A stretch of 64,000 nt of DNA from Octopus vulgaris (Eukaryota), in the NCBI GenBank assembly GCA_951406725.2, contig OX597820.1, forward strand, positions 80,414,001 to 80,478,000, in the 5' to 3' direction. Numbering within the stretch: position 1 is the stretch's first letter; each line of letters opens with the position of its first letter. A program made the translations under genes and the position numbers. Under the pieces are notes generated by a model. That model made no database searches. It was not told the origin of the DNA and saw only the letters and a list, made by a program, of their open reading frames with translations. This document shows, piece by piece, positions 12,213 through 24,803 of the stretch.

Positions 12213-12915
12213 AAATATGTAAAGTAACATGGAAAGTGAGACGTGGTTGGAAAACAAACTTTCTAAACTCACAGCCACGCCTGCGCCCTGCCAAATGGTA
12301 ATTCCAAAGTCAAACGATGATAGTTTAAATGTTGTGAAGCATAACAGCTGTGAGGTTAAATTGCTGGCCGAAATAATGACAAATAGGGTCCTCTTGCTAC
12401 TGTAATACCTGGAATCTAACTCGCTCTCCATGGAATCCTATTAATATTGTAAATTACGGGAGTTACTTCCCCTGCCTTTCTTACTATTTATATAACCAAA
12501 TACTTTTTATCTTTTACTGAACCGCTAAGATACGAGGACGCAAACAAACTAACACCGGTTGTCAGCAGTGGTGGTTAAACACAATAACATAAACACAGAC
12601 ACATGCATATATGGGCAAATGTCTTCTATGATTCTGAGCTGGCCAACATTTTCTCAGTGTATTTAGTGGAGAGAAACTGAAAGAAGCTGTTGTTTGTGTG
12701 TTAGGGTCTGCTTGCTTTGGCTTCTTGTGATAGTTGTGTAAATGAATGTTTCCGTCATGCAGGCTGTGTTCCCTTTGTTTCCGATCTTCTGTGAAAATAT
12801 GTCTGGTCATGGGGAATATTACCTCACTTGGAAAGAAATAGGGGTTGGTGACAGGAAGAGCAGCCACCTCAACAAATCCGTCTGGACCGTACAGGCATGG
12901 AAAAGTGAACATTAA

Positions 12916-13235
12916 CACATAAAGCGCGACGGGCCACGATCATGGCCGTCACGCCCAGGATTACAGGCCACGATCGTGGCCCAGATAGATGCATTCAATT
13001 TATAGACGTTTGTTGGGGGTCTAATGTCACTCAAACACTCCGAAACCCCCCAGAATGCAAGAGGACTAATAGTTCAACTAATGATTTTTCAGATGATGTA
13101 AAACTTGCCACCATTATATACTAAGAAGATATTTTAACTATTTTTTGTTTTTTTATGTGTGCATGGTAGTCTCTTTTTCATAAAATGTGCTCAGCAGTCC
13201 ATGCTATGTAAGAGCAAATCCCAGTGCTTCATGGG
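12916..13235. mobile_element. Possible piggyBac-like MITE
   Basis: TTAA|CACATAAAGCGC...GTGCTTCATGGG|TTAA (9/12 TIR match) with subterminal GGCCACGATCRTGGCC palindromes. Confidence 0.45.
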
Positions 13236-13379
13236 TTAAGCACTCGTGATGGTTGAGAGGATATATTTCTTGTAATGTTTGCATTCCCATCACAAAATAC
13301 ATAGCAAAAGATTTTGCTGTAGCTTTGTCTGTTTAAGATTGTTTTCATCATTTTATTTCTTTGCTTTGTTTTCTTTTAG

Positions 13380-13477
13380 CTTCTGCTGCTACCTTGTTAA
13401 ACATCAAGAATGCCAGACAACATTTTGAACGTCTCGAAAAAGAAGAACTTGCTCGTGCTCCAATGGTATCACGATAA
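13380..13477 (+). CDS. RRAGA: RagA/B terminal coding exon (TSAATLLNIKNARQHFERLEKEELARAPMVSR*)
   Basis: Long polypyrimidine tract plus TAG, phase-1 join to the previous exon, resembles the RagA C-terminal SAATLINIRNARKHFEKLE, TAA at 13475-13477. Confidence 0.93.
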
Positions 13478-13958
13478 TAAAGACTAGACAAGAATATATT
13501 TGCAAGATGTTGTTGTTGTTGTTGTTTGTGATTGAAATTTCTGTCCAGTCACCAGGGACAACATGTCACTTACCAAATTATTGATACTCCAAATATTTTT
13601 TTTTTTTTAAACAAATTATAAACCTTTTGCCCAGTGAAAAACCCATTGTCTTTAACAGAACACAAACGGGTCCCAAACCACTTGGTCCACATGTTAAATT
13701 GTCTTCTAGTCTTCGTCTTTGTTCATCTTTGTTTTATTTGTTTTATTTGCTAACAAAATAATAATAATATTAACAATAATTAAAATTATGACTAATTAAT
13801 TTGTATTATGTGAATTCTTACTTGCAGTAAGATAAACTGACCAAGATTTCATCTGCAAAGCTCCTTCACCTGAAGAATATCTTTCTAACAACCATCTATT
13901 CTAATCATGCTCAAGATTTTAGTTTCCCAACTTTCTAAAAATATTCTCATTTAAATTA

Positions 13959-13964
13959 AATAAA
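13959..13964 (+). promoter_or_regulatory. Candidate polyadenylation signal for RagA
   Basis: AATAAA ~480 nt after the stop, followed by T/GT-rich sequence. Chance occurrence is plausible in AT-rich DNA. Confidence 0.35.
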
Positions 13965-14884
13965 ATCATGGTTTATTGTATTATGGTCAGAATTAGATCT
14001 TTTCTTTTAATTGTTTTTGTTTTTGAGATGGACAATACATATTTTTTTTTTTTGCATCCATATATTATTTTTTAAATTAAAACAAATTCATAATATTGAA
14101 GAAGTTGTTTTTGTTTTTATTTAAAGTTGTCCTGGGTGAAAAGATTTTATAAACCTTTTACTTCTGTTATGAGAAGCATTTAATAGGACATTTTGTATGG
14201 TAGCATGTTATTTTCAGTTTCTTTTATTTCTGCCATACACACATGCTCACACACATACACTACATTTTCCTCTGCCTGCCACTCGTCTGTCACATTTCCA
14301 CAACCTTACCTCCCACCCATACCACTTCTCTTTTTCATTCATATTCTTGTAACTCGAGGATGTGCCCTGAAACAGCTTCACCACTATCTTTTCTCTTCTC
14401 CAACTGGGGTAATTATGTATCTTTTCTACTGTAAGACACCTGTTCCCATCCCTCTATCATACTTCAACCTCGCAACTACTCCCCTCACTGTTGAGGGGTC
14501 TTTCAAGTTAAAAACCTCACTAGTGCTGGTGTCACATAAAAAGTACCCACTACACTCTATAAAGTGGTAAGGTGTCAGGAAAGGCATCAAGCTGTAGAAA
14601 GTATGCTAAAGCAGAGACTGGGGCTTGGCCCCTAGTCCTCAAGCTTGTCAGCTCCTGCCAACCTATCCAATCCATGCCAGCATTGGAAACATCTGATTAA
14701 ATAGTTCCTTTCCCAGCCACGTGTCTTGTGTTCAGGCTCACTATACAACTATACCCTGGACAAATGTCTCCTATAGCATTTAGCCAAAGTTTTGTAAGTG
14801 AATTTGGATGACAGAAACTGAACAATGTCCATCATACATACATGAAGGACGTTATCACTCATAAGTCACGCTAAGAGCCCACAC

Positions 14885-15645
14885 TCAGTTGTAACTATTG
14901 AGACCCTGAAGCTTGCTCACTTACAATTGTTTATGAAACCAAATTTACTGCAGTGCTCCAAAACAACAATTGAGAAGAAAAATGACATCAGTATATGCGA
15001 AGGCAATTTTAAAAGCTGTTATGCAAACTAACAGTCTTCTTTCCAACACATTGATAAAAATAAAGCCACTACATTTGCTAACCACATATGGAATCTGAAG
15101 ACTAACTGTACACCACACATGATCAAGTGGAGAAATCTACATATGTAAATGGACCGAAGAGGTGAAAGTCATGTGTAGCTGAAAGATCACACATACTTTT
15201 TAGGTCCAAGAATTCTACCATACTACTTTATTCCAGATCTGAAATTTTTAGCAAATGCAAGCATGTTGACAAATTTCTTTTGTGAAACTGGAGGATACCA
15301 TCTGCTCCAGATTGAGAAGCTATCTCACAGAGTTTCTCCTTTCTGTTATATAAATTCTACACCAGTTATATTAATTATAGTTTCTACAGTCAAAGAGGAT
15401 GAAGATCTTGATTTTCTTAGTTTGCTTTTCTTTCTTCTCATTCCATTTTTGTATCAACCTTCATTGTGTTCTGTCTTCTCATTTTTCCTCACAGATCACC
15501 GTCCTGGTTTTTAGATACATTTAACATTATGCACTAGGCCTGAAAGATTGCTTGGAAATACATAGCACGTTATATAAATCTGCCAAATTAATGTATCTTA
15601 AAAGCATGAAACTATGAGTAGCTCTTTTGTAATTGTGTATATTAA
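14885..15645 (+). mobile_element. Penelope-like element 3' fragment (decayed GIY-YIG endonuclease plus pseudo-LTR)
   Basis: Hand translation ISICEGNFKSCYAN*QSSFQH...ATTFANHIWNLK...SCVAER...SRSEIFSKCKH resembles the PLE endonuclease C-terminus. The 3' repeat is shared with 45657-46063. Confidence 0.75.
15536..15624 (+). ncRNA. Hammerhead-ribozyme-like motif in the PLE pseudo-LTR
   Basis: CUGAAAGA, long stem II (UGCUU...AAGCA), GAAA, CUAUGAG, UA, GCUC. Core is non-canonical. Confidence 0.45.
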
Positions 15646-16364
15646 ACGAGATACAATATAATATAAAAATGTGTGTGTTTGTGCCAGCATGTAACATTGA
15701 TGTTGAGTGATGAGTATGAAGTGTAGAAGTATGTGTGTGTGTGTGTGTATGTGTATATAGCAGATACAAAGATACACAGGCTTGAAGTTAGCTGTTCATA
15801 GAAAGAGTGTCAAACCATTTGATAAAGAGTAAAGAACTCAAAGTGGCAGATCTGACTGCTTGTCTTTTACTAAAAAAAATTAAGCTCCAAAGGCATTTTG
15901 TCTGAAGGCTTGTCAGGGTCTAAATTAGTAACATGGAATAACTCCTTATACATATATATATATATGTATGTATATCATCATCATCATTTAACATCTGTTT
16001 TTCATGCTAGCATGGGTTGGACGGTTTGACTGGGGTCTGGGAAGCCAGGAGGCTACACCAGGCTCCACTCTGATCTGTTTCTACAGCTGGACACCCTTCA
16101 TAATGCCAACCACTCCGAGAGAGTATTGGGTGCTTTTTACGTGCCAGGGGAGGCTGGCAGTGGCCACGATTGATTGGTGCTTATACATACATATATATGT
16201 ATGTATGTATGTATATATATATAAACATAATGTGCTATTACTACCACTTTTCTTTATTAATTAAATTTATGGCTTATTAGCGCAATCAACCAACTTCTTC
16301 CTGTTGTTTTTCCTCCATGTTCTTCTTCCATATATAAATACATATAAATAAATATATATATATA

Positions 16365-16525
16365 TACTTATTTCAGTCATTTGACTGCAGCACTGCCTTT
16401 AGTCAAGCAAATCGCCTCCAGGACTTATTCTTTGTAAGCCTAGTACTTATTCTGTCGGTCTCTTTGGCCAAACCGCTAAGTTACAGGGACATAAACACAC
16501 CAGCGATGTTGGAGGGGACAAACAA

Positions 16526-16560
<35 letters not shown>

Positions 16561-16720
16561 CACGATGGGCTTTCAATTTCCTTCTACCAAATCCACTCAT
16601 AAGGCTTCGGTCGGCCTAAGACTATAGTCGAAGACGCTTGCCCAAAGTGCCACGCAGTGGGACTGAACCAGGAACCATGCGGTTGATAAGCAAGCTACTT
16701 ACCACACAGACACTCATGCA
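16365..16720 (-). mobile_element. SINE family B
   Basis: Reverse complement of the 24335-24740 type, with internal (CA)/(TA) repeat. Confidence 0.75.
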
Positions 16721-16722
16721 TC

Positions 16723-16892
16723 TATATAATTATATCAAGGAAGCTCAGGTGAAAATGACCTTTCCCCAGCATGCTTGAGGTGCCTATGTATATATTTTAG
16801 CTGGAGTCTTTGGTAGTTTTTGAAGGTATTGGCACTTCAAGCATGCTGCAGAAAGGTTGTTTTTGCTCGATCTCCCTTGATATAATTATATA
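16723..16892. repeat. Imperfect inverted repeat (~65-bp arms)
   Basis: TATAATTATATCAAGG...CAGCATGCTTGAGGTGCC / GGCACTTCAAGCATGCTG...CCTTGATATAATTATA. Confidence 0.7.
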
Positions 16893-17507
16893 CATATGTA
16901 CATTATTATTAATTTCTATAGCATGCTGACTAATTAATAAAAATCATTAACATGATTTTTATCCTTATATTCTTATATATATATATATATATATATGCAC
17001 TCTGCTTTGTATAACATTATTTGATTAATTCTAGCTTGAATAAGCTTTATGCACATCATTAAATGTTCCGCATACTGTTTTAATTAGAATAATTTTATGT
17101 TTCGGAACTGTGAGTGACAAATTTGGTTTTCATATCTTACAAAGCAGAATGAGGTGGAAACAATTTCGTTCCACGATTCAATGTTGTCATTCACAACTGT
17201 CCATCCAAAAAATAGTTTTTTCACAGGTCTGCATGGAGAATATTCCTCCAGGATTATCTTTGCATCTACCAAGTTCCAAGGCACTTGAATGTGTTAAATA
17301 TGACTTTACACAAATATATACCTTTCAATGCTGCTTCGTACAATATATATCATATTATATATATTTTTACATGATTTTTTTTACATGTTATGTATGTATA
17401 ATCATATATTTACATATATAATTTGTCCACATATATATAACATAAATAGAATTCTTATAATAAACAATATATATGAATAATTTATATATATATATATATA
17501 TATATAT

Positions 17508-17915
17508 ATCATCATCATCATCATCATCATCATCGTTTAACATCTGCTTTCCCTGCTGCCAGATGGCTGTACCAGGCTCCAATTTGATCTAGCAGAGTTT
17601 CTACAGATGGATGCCCTTCATAATGCCAACCACTCTAATAGTGTAGTAGGTGCTTTTATGTGCCACTGGCACGAGGGCTAGTCTGGTGGTACTGGCAATA
17701 GCCATGCTCAAATGGTGATTTTTACATGCCACCTGCACAGGAGCCACTCCAGTGACACTGGCGACGACCTCGCTCGAATATTTTTTCATGTGCCCCTGGC
17801 ACAAGTGCCAGTAGGGCGACGCTGGTAACAATCACGCTTGAATGGTGCCTTTTACGTACCACCGGCACAGAAGCTAGTTAGCTGCTCTGGCAATGATCAC
17901 GCTTGGATAGTGCTC
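17508..17915 (-). mobile_element. RTE-type 3' UTR with diverged ~60-bp tandem units
   Basis: Homologous to 5983-6365. Confidence 0.65.
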
Positions 17916-19229
17916 TATTTCTATACAATTGTTTCTTATAAATGGACCAAGATATTCATAAACAACGTTGTAATAGTCAAATTTGCACTCCTCAGTAAGT
18001 AATATTTAAAGAAAAATAAAAAGACGTTTAACATATTTGTAGGTTTTTTTTTTTTCTTAGTTATCATTTTAAGGGATTTATATATTCATTCTTCCAGTCA
18101 TGCTTATTTGAATCTAGGCTAAAATATAATAGAACTTGGGGGGGCTAATGTTTAATTTGGTTTCCTCTCTATGAAATTTAATATATATATATCGATTTGA
18201 AACTCCTAAAGAAAAAAGAAATTTTACTGGTCAAACTGTATTTCTAAGTACATTCGGAATTACCAAATAAGGAGCTATATGTTATTCCCAATTCATAATT
18301 AATATTTCTGAACCGTCAACTCTCATTTCGACTAAGAGTTTAAGTAAATAGGTCGTTGGTACTAGAATGTGAGAATAATTGATAGTTTATATAGTTTTTT
18401 TTTTATTTTAATATTTTTTTAATAAATAATAGATCAATCATTTATAGACAAAAATAGGTGTTAAATGTCGTAATTAATTATTTAACCACAGCTTGATATA
18501 TTAAAAAAAGGATTTTACGAAATATATACAATATGAGTAAAGATGTATAAAAGGGAACTACTTTTAAATAATAATATAATCAGATATTGAGTTATTTTGT
18601 ATGTAAGATAAGTTTTATTGTGTTGATGTAGGGGGGAAATAATTGTTCTTTATTTTTATAGAGAGGAAATCAAAATGAAAATAAAAGATGGTGTGAATTA
18701 TTTAGTAATGTAGGGGGGCAACAATTCAAATACTTGGATATTCTAAAAATAATATATTCATATTTACACAGATGTACATAGATTTGGATATACATTTGTA
18801 AATACACGTACACACTGATATAGATATAGGTACACATATACGTATGTGTGTATATACTCATAGACTTATATATATATAACAAAGTGAAGTTGTAAGATAC
18901 AATTTTAAAAGGTGTTTATTCACTTGACTGGTTTCACTTTTTTAGAAAAAGATTGTCAAAAGTAAAATGTAAAAGCTTTGTAAAAACTTTTTTGTGTTAA
19001 ATACTGGTTGTCACAAAATATTACAATACATATATACATTCTTTGATAATAATAAGAAAAATGTTAAAACAGTTTAAGAGGAAAAATCTTGTGAAGATAT
19101 TAAAAAGTTCATTGAAAATATTAGGATTTCATTAAAAATCATGTTTGTTTGGAAGTATCTGTTTATATACACAGAAAATTTATAAGTTCAAAAAGGTCAT
19201 ATTTTGGTGGTATATATATATATATATAT

Positions 19230-19449
19230 AGGAAGAGTTTACGAAAAAAACAAAAGACGAAGACAGGTGGTGTATAAAACAAACAGATGTATTAGTATAA
19301 CGCTCAGGAATAGAAAAAGTCTTTTACGTTTCGAGTCCATGCTCTTCTACAGAAAGTGACATAGAAAAAACAAGGAGAGAAAAAAAAGGGAAGAAAAAAA
19401 ACAATGGGAGAAAAAATGTGTGTAGTGGCTAACGATCTATCATGGCGAC

Positions 19450-19450
<1 letters not shown>
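19230..19450 (-). mobile_element. PLE pseudo-LTR-like repeat with hammerhead motif (19321-19356), between (TA)n tracts
   Basis: Homologous to 22147-22310. Minus strand reads CUUU CUGUAGA A GAGC AUGG ACUC GAAA CG UA AAAG. Confidence 0.6.
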
Positions 19451-19489
<39 letters not shown>

Positions 19490-19559
19490 GAGATATATTT
19501 AGGAGTTTACAAAGAATGTGTGATAAACTGACCTGTTCTACCATTTTTCGTTTTCGACA

Positions 19560-19845
19560 AAAGCCTTGTGAGTGGATTTCGTACACGGAAACTGAAAGAA
19601 GACTGTCGTATATATGTGTATATTTGTGTATGTGCGTATGTGTGTGTGTGTGCGCGCGCGCGTGTGTGTTTGTACCCGCACCATCCCTTGGCAATTGATG
19701 TTCCTGTGTTTACGTCCCCGTGTCTTCGCGGTTCGGCAAAAAACATCGATAGAATAAGTACTAGGCTTACAAAGAATAAATCTTGTGGTCGATTTGTTCG
19801 ACTGAAGGCGGTGTTCCACCATGGCCACTGTCACATGACTGAAAC
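19560..19845 (+). mobile_element. SINE family B, 5'-truncated
   Basis: Similar to 24450-24740. Confidence 0.7.
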
Positions 19846-20339
19846 AACGCCAAGTATCTCTGCTAGTATAATATAAATGTGTAGACTGAATCCTGTTAGT
19901 TACTATACACTTAATACAGCGTCGGTTATGAATGAATAAATGAAATCAATATATACCCTGTTCTAACCGCATATATATTTCGTCACTGTGCTGTTTTTAC
20001 CCGAATGAAACACCAACGTCGCTCTTCAATGAATCAGAAATTAACAACCGTCTGTCAATCAAAGGCTGATATACGTCATAACAATATCATAAGCTGTTGA
20101 TCTGTAGTCCTGGGACAGCTCTCATCGAACAGATGACTTATGATGGAAAGCGTTCAACCCTTTACCATTTTAAATTTATATTATATATTTCATTTTTATT
20201 TTTTCTGTATGTCCGGAACTACATCATTGAGTGCCTTTTGTTTTCTTTTCTCAGACGCTACAGTGTGATTATCTGAAAGAGATTTCGCTAATATTTCTCT
20301 CAAATCAAACATAAAAAGCTGTCTTGTTGGTTCAAGACC

Positions 20340-20569
20340 TATTTCTTTATTACCCACAAGGGGCTAAACACAGAGCGGACAAGCAAGGACAGACATAGGT
20401 ATTAAGTCGATTACATCGACGCCAGTGCATAACTGGTACTTAATTTATCGACCCCGAAAGGATGAAAGGCAAAGTCGACCTCGGCGGAATTTGAACTCAC
20501 AACGTAACGCAGACGAAATACCGCTAAGCATTTCGCCCGGCGTGCTAACGTTTCTGCCATCTCGCCGCC
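20340..20569 (-). mobile_element. Full-length SINE family A variant with Tx1-like tail and 16-bp TSD
   Basis: TSD TTGTTGGTTCAAGACC at 20324-20339 and 20570-20585; tRNA-like head at the right end. Confidence 0.85.
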
Positions 20570-22146
20570 TTGTTGGTTCAAGACCGTTATGGTGCTGCTG
20601 ATGCCGCTGTTGATATTGGAGTTGTTGTTACTGCTGCTGTTGCTGCTGTTGTTGTTGTTAACGTAGCTGTTACTGCTGTAGTCGTTACCGCTGTTGTTGT
20701 TTTCTCACTCCGATCAGCTTTCAAGAAGCAGACTTGGGACAAATATATACTTGACATTCCACTTCAAAAAGACCTACAATACAATCAACAAAGCCATTTT
20801 GGCCGTGACCATCCATCTTTTATTGTTTTGCCGACACAGTATGTCCTTTTTCTCAAAACGAAAAAGTGGGGTGATTTGAGGGTGATTTGACCGCTAATTT
20901 CTGCATCTCGAACGGCCAAGTAAGAGAAAAGTAGTAAATTGTATTTGTCTCAGGTTTGACATTATGTAGATGAGACGCAGAGTCAGTAAATTCTTCTTAA
21001 TAAAGTATCTTGATCGTAAGAATAGAGTTTTTAGCAGTAAATTGGTTTATCGTGTTAGGGATTTTATTTCCTGGTTACAGTAAACGACGGTTGAGAGTTC
21101 CATAACTTCTTACTGGATAATTTCCACTGATGATTTGTTTATGAAGACCAATTGTTTTGTGCAGTACATTAGTTCACTCCCCTCCATCAAATTGACATTG
21201 TCTGTACAGTGTGCCACATGTCACATGTGGAATTGGTGACAGAGTAACAAGAAGCGAAGTGTTTTGCTCAAGAATATAATGCATCACCCGGTCCGTGAAT
21301 CGAACTCACAATCGCAAGGTCTCGAGTGTGATACCCAATCCACTCGGCCATGCACCTTCCCTATGGTTACTGCATGATGATATGGTGACTACAACAAGAG
21401 GAAAGCGTTAATCAAAATGCTTTTATTTGTTCCAGAACTGGAAGGAAATGAACAAAAATTGTTTAGAGAAGAAGAAAAAAAGATCAAAATAGATTTCAGT
21501 AAACTTGAGAAAATCAACAACGACAAAAATGGTTGACTTCGACATAATTCTTTATTTTGACTTCATTTTTTTCCCTATTTATTTACTTTTATTTTTATCA
21601 TCGAAACAAAAAGTGTTTTCAATTGCCTGATCTTTATCCTGTTATTTCTTTAAACTGTCATAGAATTCCCGTCAGGGAAATTTAAGCTAAAGAAATTAAT
21701 TTGTTAAAAAACATAAGAGAGGAATTAGAGCGATGTTTTAATGTACCAAACTTTTAACATTTTCAAACAACTATGCACGTTATCTCTCTCTCACACACAC
21801 ACACGCACACACATACTCACTCTCTCTCTCTTACTCATATTTTCTGTCCTTTTAAACAGATTTATTTCTTTAACCCTATAAAAAGTTTACAACTTGCCCC
21901 AAACATGTCACCATATACTGAGTTCTTAAATTAGAAATTGCAAGAAAAACGTTCGAAAATAAGTCAGAAGCTTTAACATCATGGAATATACTTAATAACC
22001 CGAGCCGACCAATGCTTTACGAGTGAATTTGGAAGACGGAAGCTCTGAGGAAGCCTGTCGATGTATGTATGTATGTATGTATGTATGTATGTATGTATGT
22101 ATGTGTATAATACATGCATACATACATACATATATATATATGTATA

Positions 22147-22530
22147 TACAGTTGAAATTTACTGAAAAACAAAAAACGAAGACAGGTGTATAAACAGCAA
22201 ACAGGTGTATTAGTTTAACGCTCGGGAAGGCGAGAAAGTCTTTTACGTTTCGAGCCTACGCTCTTCAACAGAAAGGAACACGATGAAATAAACAGAGAGA
22301 GAACAAACAAGCTTTTGGAACAGCCGCCATGGTTGACCGCTAGCTCTAAAAGTTTTTTTATTCTCCCTGTTTATTCTCTCTCTGTTTATTTTCTCGTGTT
22401 CCTTTCTGTTGAAGAGCGTAGGCTCGAAACGTAAGACTGTCTCACATTCCCGAGCGTCAAACTAAAACAACTGTTTGTTGTTTATACACCTGTCTTCGTC
22501 TTTTGTTTTTCTGTAAATTTCAACTATATA
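22147..22530. mobile_element. Inverted pair of PLE pseudo-LTR-like repeats (~160-bp arms), each with a hammerhead motif
   Basis: Arms are reverse complements. Motifs at 22240-22275(-) and ~22402-22436(+). A third partial copy is at 22755-22865. Confidence 0.7.
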
Positions 22531-22675
22531 TTGCACGCTCACGTGGTCACACCAGCTTTATCCTGCTTTAACCTCCTACATTCCGGACTTCAACCTGGAA
22601 TTTCTGCACCTCTCCTCATCTACACACCAGCATTTCACACGGATTACTACTGGATATACTTATGGATTTCACTGG

Positions 22676-22739
<64 letters not shown>

Positions 22740-22924
22740 CACATATATACATATAGTTGAAATTTACAGAAGAACAAAAGACGAAGACAGGTGTATAAAC
22801 AACAAGCAGATGTTTCGAGCCTACGATCTTCAACAGAAAGGAACACAAGAAAATAGAGAGAGAATTTTAAAAAATTATGAATTTAGCGGTCCGGTCAATC
22901 ATATACTTACATACATAGATACAT

Positions 22925-23107
<183 letters not shown>

Positions 23108-23115
23108 TCTTTTAC

Positions 23116-23500
23116 TTATAGCAGTTTTTTGTTCATTTTGGCAATTTCATGGCAATATCTTTGGGCAGTAATGGTTTTACCGGGTTTTAAGAAGTTATAG
23201 TGAATGAGTCCAGCAGAACACCACCAAATAGTCACCATAACCTTCTTTTTGAAGAGCTCGGATTTAGGGAAGGTTTTCGGTACTTCATTTTGGTCCAACC
23301 ACTGCGAAGAACGTTTTTTTATTATTGTATAGAATCCACTTTTCATCGCAAGTTACAGCACAGTCGAGAAATGGATCGGTCTGGTTACGGAGAAGAAGCA
23401 ACGAACAAATTTCGTATCTGCGCATTTTCTGATTTTCATTCAAATCGTGTGGTACACATTTGTAGAGCTTTTTTTCCGATTGCTTTTTTGATATTCTGAT
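23116..23500 (-). mobile_element. mariner transposase relic
   Basis: CVPHDL (WVPHEL motif), VTCDEKWILY, KKVMVTIWW; frameshifted. Confidence 0.88.
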
Positions 23501-24334
23501 TATATATATATTATATATATATACGACGGGCTTCATTTCAGTTTGTCTACCAAATCCACTCACAAGCCTTTGGTCAGCCCGAGTCTATAGTAGAAGACAC
23601 TTGCCCAAGCTGCCACGCAGTAGAACCGAGCCCGGAACCACGTGGTTGGGAAGCAAGGTTCTTACCATACACCCACTCTCGCGCCTATATATATTATGTG
23701 TGTGTGTGTGTGTGTATTTTTCCCCCAACACTGCTTGACAACCAGTGTTGGTTTGTTTGCCTTCGTAACCTAGCAGTTCTGTAAAAGAGATTAAGTACCA
23801 GAATTTGAAAAACAAGGACTTCGAAGTGGTGCCCCACGCTGGTATTGAAACAGGTAAAAGTTAAAGTAAAACTCAAAACACCAAGTATTCTTCCTCTCTT
23901 AAATATTTAACTCCCAAAACTTACATCCGTTTAATATTATCAAGTTAGATAAGGCGATGAGATGGTGGAATCGTTAGTACACCGGGCAATATTCTTAACG
24001 GCATTTCGTCTGTTTTTATGCTCTGAGTTCAAACGCCACCAAGGTCGACTTTGCTTTCCGTCCTTTCGGAATTGATAAAATAAGTACCAGTTGGTCACAG
24101 GGGTGGATGTACCCGACTTAATCCCTCGTACCAAAATTTGAAACTGATATTACGAAAATAGCTCCAAGTTCAGTGGAACTTGCGAGTCTTTCCGTTACCA
24201 GCCAAACAAACCTTTTCTATTTGATAATTTTTTTTTGTTTTTACGTTCTCAGTTCAAATCCCGCCAAGGCTCCAAATTTCTCTGAAAATCTTTGATTTGT
24301 GTGCCTAAGTTACGAGAATATAAATAAATTCATA

Positions 24335-24499
24335 TGCGCAGGAGTGGCTGTGTTATAAGTAGCTTACTTACCAACCACATGGTTCCGGGTTCATTCCCAC
24401 TGCATGGTACCTTGGGCAAGTGTCTTCTACTATAGCCTCAGGCCGACCAAAGCCTTGTGAGTGGATTTGGTAGACGGAAACTGAAAGAAGCCCGTCGTA

Positions 24500-24531
<32 letters not shown>

Positions 24532-24546
24532 CATACATACATACAC

Positions 24547-24578
<32 letters not shown>

Positions 24579-24740
24579 GTATTTGTGCGTCTGTGTTTTC
24601 CCCCACAACTTAGTAGTTCGGCAAAAGAGAACGATAGAATAAGTACTAGGCTTACAAAGAATAAGTCCTGGGGTCGATTTGCTTGACTAAAGGCGGTGCT
24701 CCAGTATGGCTACAGTCAAATGACTGAAAGTAAAAGAGTA
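24335..24740 (+). mobile_element. tRNA-derived SINE family B (CORE-like domain, internal microsatellite, CR1-group-like tail)
   Basis: B box GGTTCATTCCC, ACCTTGGGCAAGTGTC, (TA)/(TG) tract, tail GGCGGTGCTCCAGTATGGC...GACTGAAA. Confidence 0.8.
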
Positions 24741-24803
24741 AAAAAGTAGAAGAATCTCTGAGTATCCGACAAAATACCTTCCAGTATTTCATTTCCGATT
24801 TAC

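Noticed and set aside
17084-17290. Unique-looking sequence open in several frames
   Set aside because: No recognisable protein motif or clear pair of splice sites.
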